The notes beneath the pieces were generated by a model that had not been told where the DNA came from, did not search any database, and was given only the letters and a program-made list of their open reading frames with translations. A DNA stretch of 64,000 bases from the human T2T-CHM13v2.0 reference genome, Homo sapiens. The stretch is taken from the NCBI RefSeq assembly GCF_009914755.1, contig NC_060931.1. One strand, written 5' to 3'. This document shows, one piece after another, positions 52,951 through 64,000 of the stretch (the stretch's first letter is position 1; every line of letters starts with the position of its first letter). The position numbers were made by a program, and so were the translations under genes.

Positions 52951-55046
52951 ACAAGCAAGTCGCCTGCAATTGGCATTAATTTAAAATATTTTTCCCCGAG
53001 TCTCCTTGGAGTCAGTTCCGTGAAACACAAGTGCTTGCCAGCTCTCTAATCTGCGGCGTCCTTTGAAATTCCATCCAGCGTGTGCTGAAGCTGAGCCAAT
53101 TAACGTGGAGAGAATTGGGTGGATCGCAGAGAAGCTGGCAAGACCGTGTTTACCAATTAGGTTTTTTTTATGATGCAAATGTTGCACACCATGCGGCAGG
53201 AATAAAAGCTGGCTACGCTGAATATGAAACTGTTAATTGCATTTTCAGAGACATAGCTACAAGGTGAAACTAATCATACACATGATAACCGGGCTTCACC
53301 ACCTACAGTGCCCTGCTGCTGCACTCTCACTAATCTGTATTAAAACAGCCCCACACATCCTTGCAGGAAAGGAAAACATTGCGTTTGGTATAACCTTCCA
53401 ATTTTAAAGAGAAAAAAAGTGTGCCTATGTGGGAAGCAATATAAAGGATAATTTTCATTTAAATCAGATTAATAGCGTTAACAAACGCCATGGCAAAGGG
53501 CCCAGTGGTGCTTCTTGAAATGCATTTTTTGCTTTAAAACGATAGCAAGGTGCATTTGCAAATGAACGCCAGCACATGCTGACAAGAGTGGCTCAAAATG
53601 AAGGAGCTTGTTTCAGAAGAAAGGGCCATGGTAATTATAGACCTTGGCTTTCCCAGCTAGGAACATCAAAGAGGCCCCGCTGGAATCACTAGAGAGAGGC
53701 TTCCCAGGGAGTCCAGTGCTCCTGAGGTTCCCAGTGCCCAGCCCCTCCCTGGGGAGGGGAGGATGAGGCCCAGGAGCAGGGAGAAGGGTCTAGGCTCCAG
53801 GCTCCATCCCAGTGCTTGGGGGCAGAGAGGGGTGCCCAGGAGCACCTGTGTGCAGGGAGTCCAGGCCTGAACTAGCAGAGGCAGTTCTGAAATGGGGTGT
53901 GGCTACTTTAAGGGGTGAGGTCAGCTTTCAAAATGCCCCATGAGAATTTATGTCTTTTTCCTCATTTCTATGTTAACCACACAGTTTCAGCATTGATGCT
54001 GACGTTGACTAACTCAGCAGCCGAGAACAGGGCTGGGAACAGGAGGGAATGACTGACTCCCCAGCAGCAGCCCACGTGGGGACCCTTGTCAGAGGGGTCT
54101 GGGGTGCTACAAAGGAGGAGCACCCAGCCAGGGCTGGGCGGCCAGCAGGGACAGAAGGACGCAGGACTCTGCACGGCTCCACAACTCACACCTCAGGATT
54201 TCACACACGCACAAGGAGCTTCCGAGACAGAAGCCACCTGAGGCTGTGCCCATCGGGGTCCCCTTCTTTTAATTTTGCATTGCAGTCAGCCCCGGGAGTT
54301 CCAATGGAAGCCTCTGCTCAGAGATGGTCAGAAGAGCCTCCGAGCCCATCACTGTGGGCTGGGGCCTGGATGTGCACTCCCCAGTGTTGTGAACACTCTC
54401 GGATTCCATGTGTCCCTGCACCTCACAGTTTCTGGGGCCAAGCGAGTAGTGGGTTTGAAAGTTCCCAGAGATTCTGAGCCAAGATGGGGTATGTGTTGCG
54501 GACTTCTAAATGGCTAGGGAAGGGAATTTAAAAGGACCAGCCTGATTCCTCTTCAAGGAACGTGTGGAGCTGGAGCTAGGCCACATGCGCTGCTGAAGTG
54601 GTGGGTAACTGGAACAGTCTGTGTGCTTGTTCACAGGCGCCGCTGGCCATACAAATTAGCACAACAGGACAGGACGCTGTCTGCAGAAGGAAAAGGCTCT
54701 TGCCTGTATGATGTTTCTAACACACGGCTAAGGTGGCCAGAGAAGACAGGCGTAGCGTGCATGCTGATGGAATTTATAACCGGGAGCATATACATCCCTG
54801 TTTGTGACGTAGAAAACCGTGAAGCTGGATCTGCCTGGAAATGCTAACTTCTGGGAGCTTCACATTTTTAGCCTATACTAGTGACGTGCACTTAACTTTG
54901 AAATTTGTTTCAGAAAATGAGGCCTCTACAAGGAAAATCATCTCGGCTTGAAATGGATCTCTTGTCCCACAGTGGCTGCCTCGGTGTACTGTTACCGTAT
55001 GTGGTAGAGACGGTTCCTAACCAAACGTTCAGTTTGTTTCTCTTTA

Positions 55047-55406
<360 letters not shown>

Positions 55407-57939
55407 TTAATTCATTAACATTAGGAAGTAGAAACTCACTCTAACGTGACCCACGCTAGCATGAGATACCATGTAACTGTACTGGGTCTGGATCCCCCAC
55501 GGAAGCACTTGCAGCCGGACCACCGAAGGGCTCACGCAGGCCCATCCTCCCACCACGGGCTCCCAGCACTGGCAAAATGCCACTCAGACCACAGCTGCAG
55601 GGGCCTCCCCGATCCTGGGGCTGTTTCTGTAATAGAGTGCGTTTTGTCACCAAATGATATTTATTTTGTTTCAAGCATTATTTCCAATGAACAAATATAT
55701 GCTAAATCAATCGGCATGTAATTAAATAGCACATGGATAGGACATGCGATAGAAGGAGGGGGCAGAGGCCGTGGTGTTTCTGACGCCGCCTCTCTTTAAG
55801 GGTGGCTACAAGGACGTGAGCTGGAGTGACCGTGTCAGACAGCGCGGTAGAGGCCAGGGATGGGGCTGCACAGGATGCCCACAAGGCCTCGTGATTAACT
55901 GTTTTTTATTTGTGCAATTACTTCTTTTCCTTCCTTAGTATCTTTCTTCTAAAAAATTCAAAGAATGAAAGAGGGCGCTTAAATTATTTTAAATCAGCAG
56001 GATTTTTTGAGGTCCCATCATAGACAAGACCTATATTGAGCAAACCAGGCTGTAGAGTTAGTGTTCAGTGGAAGATGGTGAGCGGGCTGTGTCCCCCCCA
56101 AGTCCCACCTGGTCTCAGGGACCCCACATCTGCAGGCCTGGCTGTGCCTGGCAATGCCGGGGGAGCCGCGCAGCATGAAACGGACCCTGTGCTCGGTCTT
56201 GAGGCCACAGCTCGGCCTTGGTGTGGCTGGGGCCGCACAGACACAGCACAGCGGCCCCCGGCATCCGCAGGACACGGTTTTCCACTGTTTTACCAGTCCC
56301 TCAGCTTCGCCAGACATCCCTGGATCCCAGACCCTGCTCCTCAGGTCCAGCCATTGGCCGCGGTCCTGCTCCAAACCACACCGGCCATCCAGGACCCAGA
56401 TTCAATGCCCAGCCCTGAGGCTTCTGCACTGCAGCTCATCCTCTTGGTGAGAGCCCAAGCTGGGGCCCTGTGTCCTTGTTGAGCATGGTTTGAACTCAGG
56501 AGCATCTGTGTGATGGCCAGAGCCCAGGTGGGGTGACCCCAGCCCCAGTGCTGCCCGTTATTGCTGCCACTGTCATTATCACTGTGGCTCTGTGAGTTAC
56601 ACCTGTGCTTCTCAGCTACTGCAACTTACCTCCTTCAGCCAACACTACACATACATGAGCTCCAGGGAGGGTGGCCTTGTGCAGCCATCTGGGTAGAGAC
56701 GCAGAAAGACTTCTTACAGTGAGTGGGCTTTGCCTGAACTGAGCTCTCAGAGATGAGGGGGTGAGGGGGTGTCCCAGGAACAGGTGATGCCTGGGCAGAG
56801 GCCACCTGCAGCTCTGGGTTGCGGGGAACGTGAGGGACAAGAGGAGAGGGAGGGGCGAGGGCACAGAAGTGGGGTTTGGCCTGCATCCTACGTCCCGAGG
56901 TCACTGTGGGCTTGATAGTGGGTGCGGAGAGGAGAGGCCGGCCCGGGGTCATGGTGAAGCCGTCAGGGCAGAAGCAGTCAGGGGCTGGGGTAGCCTTGCC
57001 CACCATGTTGGGGGTAAAATGCACCATGTGCTCCTCCTCTGACGTGGCTGTCTCAGCTCCCAAAGCCCACCAGCCAACACCCAATGATTATGGTAGAAAC
57101 TGATACAGAAACGGAATAGGTAAGAAAGACAAAAGTAGGGATCCTGTGTCAAGTCTAAGGGAGTGCACAGGAGTTGTGTTTTGCTGAATAAAAAGGGAAG
57201 AAGCCTGAGCCACTGGGATCACTGCAATAACCTTCTTCTTCCAAGGCCCTGGTCCTGCCGGAAGTGTGGATGCCGTCCTCACTCAGGCTCCCCCGACAGC
57301 CGGAGCCCCCTCTATAGAGGAGGCTGTTCCTAGACGGACATCGGGTCAGACGGTTTTTGCTTAAGGTAATTAAATTCCCTCTACCACCCTAAAAATAATT
57401 CCCTCTCCTTGAGATTTCTATACTTAAAATTCTTAAAGGCATTTATTGCCCTGCCTTAGTTGCTGCTTTACCAAGACAAACACACTTAGTTCCTTTCCAC
57501 TTTTCTCACAAACAAATCCTTCAGTCTCTTAATCATTTATGTTGCTTTTCTCTGAATTTCCTCCAATTTGTTGACATCCTCTGGTTTCTAAGGTTCTAAT
57601 GCCTATATTTGCTTTGTTAGAACACAGCAGGTATTAGGAAAGAATTGGATGCTATTCAAGCCACAGTAATTATAAGGGAAAACAAGTTCAAAAGCCTTGA
57701 GTGAAAGCAGCAGGTAAGAGGGAGGAAACATGGAAGATAATGACCAATGCATATAATGCTTTTCTAATTCAGGACAAGACCATGAGAAACTTCATCAGTG
57801 ATGCCGGCAAAAACCAAATACCTAAATAGATACATAAATGTGTGTGTATGCACCCACGCACACGCACACACACAGAGGATATCATTTTAAAAAGAAGGGA
57901 ATATATTGGTAATTAGCACAGAATATAAATCTCCCCCCG

Positions 57940-58190
57940 AGAGATGGGTGCAGAAGGACAGCACTGTGAGGACACAGCCAGAAGGCGCTGCCCGCCAGCC
58001 AAGGATAGAGGCCTCTGGAAGAGCCAGCCCTGCCCACATCCTGATCTCTGATGTCCAGCCTGCCAACCAAGGAGAGGGGCCTCGGGAGGAGCAGCCCTGC
58101 CCCACCTCGATCTCTGATGTCCAGCCTCCATAGTGGGGAGAGGATGAACTCCTGTTGCTGAAGCTGCCCAGGCTGTAGCATTTTAGTCCA
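57940..58190 (+). mobile_element. MLT1 LTR 3' portion with an internal 68-bp duplication
   Basis: tgtgaggacacagccagaaggc...ccaagga..gaggcctc...cagccctgcccac...gatctctgatgtccagcct, with repeat units at 57994 and 58062. Confidence 0.75.
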
Positions 58191-58219
58191 CCAGAAAAGA
58201 CCACTACATCGGCCAACCC

Positions 58220-58292
58220 TAGTTTCAATAAAACTTTATTTACTAAAACAGGTGGGGCTGTCCATGGGTTAGAATCTACCCACCTCTGTCCT
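58220..58292. mobile_element. MER58-like (hAT-Charlie) fragment
   Basis: caataaaactttatttactaaaacaggtgg is the characteristic MER58A segment as I recall it. Confidence 0.55.
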
Positions 58293-58802
58293 AGTAAGTA
58301 TTAAAATAAAAAATGAGGTGACCTCACAAGGTCCCTGTGGAGAGGCAGAGAAATGGCTGCTGCTACTGCCCTGGCTGAGCCGGGCAGCCTCGCCCATCCA
58401 CCATGAGGCGAGACCCCACACTCCAGCTGGCCTCCTCCCTGAAGGGCCAGATGGGTGACAGGTCCCCAGAAGCTTCGGTCTTGGGCTTGTCCTGGTAGGA
58501 AAGGTTTTCCCAGCCAAGTGCATCCTCTGCTTGTCAGCAGCTTCCACAGACATGGTGAGAGGAGACATTCAAGGATGAATTTAAATTGTGAAACTCAAGG
58601 GGCATCACCTGAGTGCTTTTACTTTCCCCAGTGCTGACCCTACAGCATGATGACTCCGTTTCCTACACGGTTCCGAGCGTTTTCCATCCTTCCTGACGGC
58701 CTCCACCACGAGACTTCAGGTCATCCTTTAATGAGGGCCCAAGGAAGCACCCCCACTCTCCAGTTCCATGATTTCCCACGGTGATTACTGAGGGAAGACC
58801 AG

Positions 58803-59080
58803 CGCAGCCCATGATGTGTTCACAGCCAAGGCCCCGGCACCTGGGCACTCTGGGGCAGCCCGTAATGTGTTCATAGCCAAGGCCCCGGCACCCGGGCACT
58901 CTGTCTGGGGCAGCCCGTAATGTGTTCATAGCCAAGGCCCCGGCACCCGGGCACTCTGTCTGGGGCAGCCCGTAATGTGTTCATAGCCAAGGCCCCGGCA
59001 CCCGGGCACTCTGTCTGGGGCAGCCCGTAATGTGTTCATAGCCAAGGCCCAGGCACCTGGGCACTCTGTCTGGGGCAGCC
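58803..59080. repeat. 55-bp minisatellite, ~5 copies
   Basis: cgtaatgtgttcatagccaaggccc at 58861, 58916, 58971 and 59026; the first unit is shorter and diverged. Confidence 0.96.
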
Positions 59081-60174
59081 TCTGGCTTTTAATGATGCAG
59101 CAAAGCATCAGGCTGCCCACGCCAGAAGGCTTTCCCCCACGGAGGCTTCCGCCATGAGTCTGGAATGCGTTCTGAGCACCCCTGGAGCAGGGCACTGTTG
59201 GGTTACTTGAAAAATAGGAAGAAAAAGAAGACAATATCCCTGGACCTTAGAAACCTCAATGATCAAGAGTAGCGTTTCCCTCCACGGTTGCCCAATTTCA
59301 CCTTGTTCTGCAGGGGATGGCAAGAGCAGGGTCGCCCTGGTGAGTCTGAACTCTGTGCACTCCTGTTTAGTCCTCAATGGGAAATGGGAAAGGGCTTTGT
59401 TTTCAGTGTGCATTTATCCCTGATAAACAAAAATCACGGCACAAAGCAGAACGGTGGCTGTTTTCTTGTGACTCATTATTAACAAGTTTTAAACTCATTC
59501 ATCTTGGAAAACTCTCAACAATTTAGCACAGAAAACCACTTTAATGAATTCACCTAAGCCCATGTCGACAAGGAGTAGCCAGAAGCCAATCCTGGTTTAT
59601 TTCTCCAACATCTCGCTAAAGGAGGAGCTCACCACGTAAGCGCTCCCAGGCCTGTGTCCTGGGAAACACTGACAGACAGCTCTCTCAGACCCCAGGTGAG
59701 TCTCTGCTCTCTCAGTCCCCAGGTGAGGCTCTGCTCCCATGGCTGCACTCCGTGGCCAGTGCTGCTCCCAATATCTGAAGACATCTTGGCCTCTACTGTG
59801 GCTGTGTGTATTTTTCTTTGCAGTAATTAACACTCTAAAAAAAATTTCTCTAATCTATATTTTGAAATAACTCAAGCAGAAGTTTTCAAACACGCACATT
59901 CTGCAGCACTGTCCCATCCACTGCAAAGGAGAAGAGCCGAGGAGCGAGTTCCTTGTTCTGCTCCCTTCTTGCGGTGTCCCCCACTGCCTGGACTACAGTA
60001 TTTCCTGAAACTAAGGAAGACAGTTGCGTAGAGACCCTGAGCTTGCATTCAGCAGACACACACATTCTTAACCTATCTTGAAATGAGTAAACAAATCTTC
60101 ATGCCCAGTTTGTCATCTCCTCCTTACCCTTGCCCTCATCAAGCCACTCAGTCATGTCAGTCCCTCCTGAGTCA

Positions 60175-60362
60175 TGCACATGCATGCAGGCACACACAAG
60201 CAGGCACACACATGCAGGCACACACACGTGCAGGCAAACACATAGGGCCTGGCACAGACATGCAGGCACACACACGCAGGTAAACACACAGGGCCTGGCA
60301 CACACTCGCAGGCACACACATGCAGACACACATGCCGGCACACACACAGGGCCTGGCACATG
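60175..60362. repeat. CA-rich complex repeat (gcaggcacacaca)
   Basis: Repeated caggcacacac and cagggcctggcaca blocks. Confidence 0.88.
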
Positions 60363-60488
60363 GGTTCTATATTTGGTAGATACCACCATTACCTCCAAAC
60401 AGAGCTGCTAACCACTGGTATCTATCAGCAGTTTCAATTCCTCTTGATGTGTGAGGGTCATTTTGTCTTCTATGACAATGCCAAACAC

Positions 60489-60586
60489 ACCCCAGCAAAG
60501 CTCTGGGGTAGTGTGAACATGCCCAGTGCACCCCAACAAAGCTCCGGGATGTTGTGAACATGCCCAGTGCATCCCAGCAAAGCTCT
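60489..60586. repeat. 41-bp tandem repeat, ~2.4 copies
   Basis: tgtgaacatgcccagtgca at 60512 and 60553; cccagcaaagctc-like block three times. Confidence 0.9.
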
Positions 60587-63500
60587 AGAGCGGTGAGGTT
60601 CCGAGTCCTCACTGCTATTCAGCACTTGCACATCAGAAACCCAGGCATCTGGATGGCCAGTGCTGACTTAATTGACTGGTCAGTCTCAGCAAACCTACAG
60701 TCAGTTCCTTCCAAGAAGCAAATCAATCAGAAGAACACGGGTTCCCTGAGCTGTCCACTCAGCTGAAATAATCGCTCTGCAGCCCTCCGTAACTTCAAGA
60801 TCTCTAGTGAAACACACACATTTAGATTTTTAAGAGGAAAAAAATGCCAAAATGATTGCCAAGACATGCACTGGGCATTCCCTGGGCACACAGGGCACCC
60901 GTGCAGCTGTGATTCTAGGGACACTCGCTGCCCACGTCCTCCACAAGGTCATAGGCATTGTAAGCCAGGAGTGCATCCTAGGCCCTCCAAGAAGACGACC
61001 ACCAGGATGTGGCTCCTGACCCCATGGGGCTGATCTGTGGGGCAGAAACTAAGACACCTTGTGACAAACAAGCAATGGAAGAGAAAACTGCTTTAGGAGC
61101 AGGAAGGGGGCCAAGGCCAGCTTGGCAGGAGCTGATGAAGGCTTTCCAGGGAGGATAAGGCATGAGCAACCTCAGTTGTGCTCTCAACATTGACCTCAAT
61201 TCCTTTCCACTGCCTCTTTCTGCTACTGCACTTAGAAAAATGTCATACACACAGGAAGTTTTCAATAAGCAACAAAATTTACCTAAAAAAGAAAAAGGAA
61301 AACAGAAACGAAAAGATTGAGTGGGGTTTGGGGCCTGCAGAGTCCTTGTCTGCTTGATTGTGGGCAGTGGGTGGTTTGTGAATGTCAGAATAAGCTTTTC
61401 TTCTCAGATGGGTAAGCGGGCAGCTGGGCTTTGCAGTGACAGGTGCCCCGAGGAAAGCAGGCAAACATGCACTGGACAAAGACACATGCAGCCCTATTCT
61501 AAGAAGGACTTGACCTTTGAGTCTGAAAAACACCCTGCACTTTAGGAGCTCAGAAGAGAAAGGCATCATTTCAGAGTGGGAGAGCCGCGCCTCCTTGTCA
61601 GTGTGATGGTTGGTAACTAGATTGGCAGGTAAAGCCACAATGCAGTTGATGTACCCTCATCTGCTCTATTATTAAACATCCAAAATACATTGTTAATATT
61701 TTAAAAAGCAGACAAAGGCCCCCATGGTATGATACAACTGGATGGGTGTTTGTTCTCGGCCATGCTGAGAGATACCGACATCCCCAAGTCTCTCCTGGCA
61801 CCCCCAGCACGGCCGCCTTCCCCAGAAAACAATGTCAGATTTTAGAGGCTGAATTGTGTGGCCAACTTGGTTTACTTCTTTAATAGCCCTGTGGGAACAC
61901 AACTGCTTATATGTGACAAGGCCTAACTCCACACAGAACAAACACGAGTATCAAATAACCTCACTTAAGCTAAAGAAACACACACATATGTGACCACCTT
62001 GGGGGATGATGGCTGGTGTATTTGTATTTCCCTGCTCAGCTTATCAGTTGGATATCGGCAAGTAAGATTTAGAAGCAGAAACATAAAATATTGAACAAAA
62101 ACTAAAACACTTATAAAAAGGATTCGCTGTGTGGTGTGAAGCTTTGTGCAGTAATTGACACAAGATCAGAAAGCAAACCCTAAGAAAAGCGGCACCCACA
62201 CTCCCAGCGCCAGGCCAGGGATTAACGAGCCCGGCAGACAATTCCAATCTGGAGTGGGATTTGCTCTTCCGTTTACGTTCTATTGTCCGGGTCTTATTTT
62301 TGCTTTCAATTCCTTTTGTAATGGAGGTAGCAGTTGTTATTGACAATTAATAGGGGCTTCAAAGGCAGTCATGTTTGGAAGGGGCAGCGGCTTCCCTAAG
62401 ACCCCTCAGCTGCTGCTCAGGTGCAGCTGCTCTGTATGCCAAGCACGGCCCATGCCGGGCCCCGTCGAGGCAGCACAGATATCGATTTAGATGGAAACCG
62501 GGGTCGGCGCGGAGGGAAGGAGCTCGGTGAGCTTCGCATGCCAATGTATTATTTAGGCTTTGTGGTTTCATCCGGAGTAAGTGCCTATTTAGGAAAAATT
62601 ACAGAATCAGTATCTCTGCTACTGATATATTTTCCCTAACAGTAATTCACAGGTAAAATACCAGGGATGATGGAAGGTATTTGTGCAAAAATTCAGGAGG
62701 AGATGGTCTGATCTGGTGGGCTGGGCTCGCTGGGGGGGACCATAATAACGCAAAGCAAACAACATCCATGTGGGAAGGTCCACTGGCCGAGGACGGGCAC
62801 CAAGGCTGCCCTCAGATGCCAGCCGGACAGCATGGCGTGGATTTTGGCGAAGCTGAGTGATGCATGCTATATGCACCCTTATTGATCGAAATTATTCTTT
62901 TTACTCAAATATTTACAATGTAAGATAATTCCTTGTGTTCATAGTTCTTACATAATCATACACTAAAACAACTTTTACCAATTAAAGACAAAACCGAGAC
63001 CCTCTTCCACGTGAGACGGTACAGGAGGGAGCTGCAGTGGGCCTGGCTGTGGGGAGCACCCTGGCCACTGTTTCAAAGCTGCCCCCTGAGCCCCACAGAG
63101 GTGCCCTCACCCCACAAAGCACTTCCACTCAGACGTACAGGACACCGGGAGGAAGGCAGAGTGCCCTCCACGTATACCGTGACAGGTCAGGTGCAAGGAG
63201 GCCCCATCAAGAGGCCTGACCACACGGCCCTGTCCTCTGCAGGGCTGCGTGAACACAGGACACACAGCAGTGATGGTCCAGCAGCCACTCGGCTCTGGGC
63301 ACTGTGTCAGTTGGCACTGCCCTAGGTATGCTGGTGACAAACGGTTCAAATGACCCCACCATCGTGACACTCGACCCTTTTGGCCCAGGAACTGCCATTC
63401 ACGGGCACAGCACACCTGCTCCTCCCATACCGAACCTCCATCATCTCCGCTGACCAGGCAGGTCCGGGGTCCTAGAACCAACAGGGCTCACCCACCCCAG

Positions 63501-64000
63501 CCCCAGGCAGAGCCGGCCCCTGTGGAAAGTGCCCAGCCACAGCCAGGACTTTACCCACATGCCTAGGCCGGGCCCTGGTCATCCTTCCACAGACACGTGA
63601 AAGGTAAATGTAAGTGGCAGGAAGTCAAATGGAACTGAAAGCCACCTCGTCTCCTGGCTTCCACTCAGAAGTGGTGGAGGAAATACTCTCAAATGAAATC
63701 ATGTGATCCTGTTTAAATAAATGGAAAATTAAAAGGCAGGGCACTGGCTGACCCTTGATGCCAGGAGGGGCAGATGTGGATTGACGTGGCTCTCGGCCCC
63801 CATGGGCTGGTATTGGGCCTCCTTGGGAGCAGCCTGAGAGTGCTCATTCTTGGCCAAATCGTGAGTTCCAGAGGGAAAGAGATGGGACCAAAAACCTTAG
63901 GGAGAACCTTGGGGCCAGCTGCAGTGGGAACACGTGGGCACCCTCCACAATCCTCTATCCTGACACGATGCTCCTTTTGTGTCTCCACTGTGTTTTTCAC

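Overview
This is primate (human-like) nuclear genomic DNA, moderately GC-rich and apparently non-coding. It looks like the intron of a large gene or a gene-poor interval near a chromosome end, though that location is inference and I could not identify the locus. I recognise no protein-coding gene, rRNA, tRNA or CRISPR array; the long ORFs in the track come from tandem repeats or Alus. The window holds ten Alu-family SINEs (one very young AluY), MaLR (MLT1) LTR remnants, an L1PB-type 3' end, L2/MIR relics and DNA-transposon fragments. It also has an unusually dense set of about 23 tandem arrays, ranging from two-copy duplications to a ~1.5 kb minisatellite, and several AT-rich, repeat-free blocks with developmental enhancer-like motif clusters. 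I cannot support a wholly new biological system. The best leads are: (i) a ~29-copy 53-bp VNTR whose unit pairs a TEAD-type GGAATG with CGAGTCA, a methylation-switchable AP-1 site that has become canonical TGAGTCA in six units; (ii) an RFX/SOX/NF-Y/octamer motif block at ~52.9-53.6 kb; (iii) minisatellites caught arising inside old transposons; (iv) a young AluY lacking a target-site duplication. Repeat family names come from remembered consensus sequences and boundaries are approximate.
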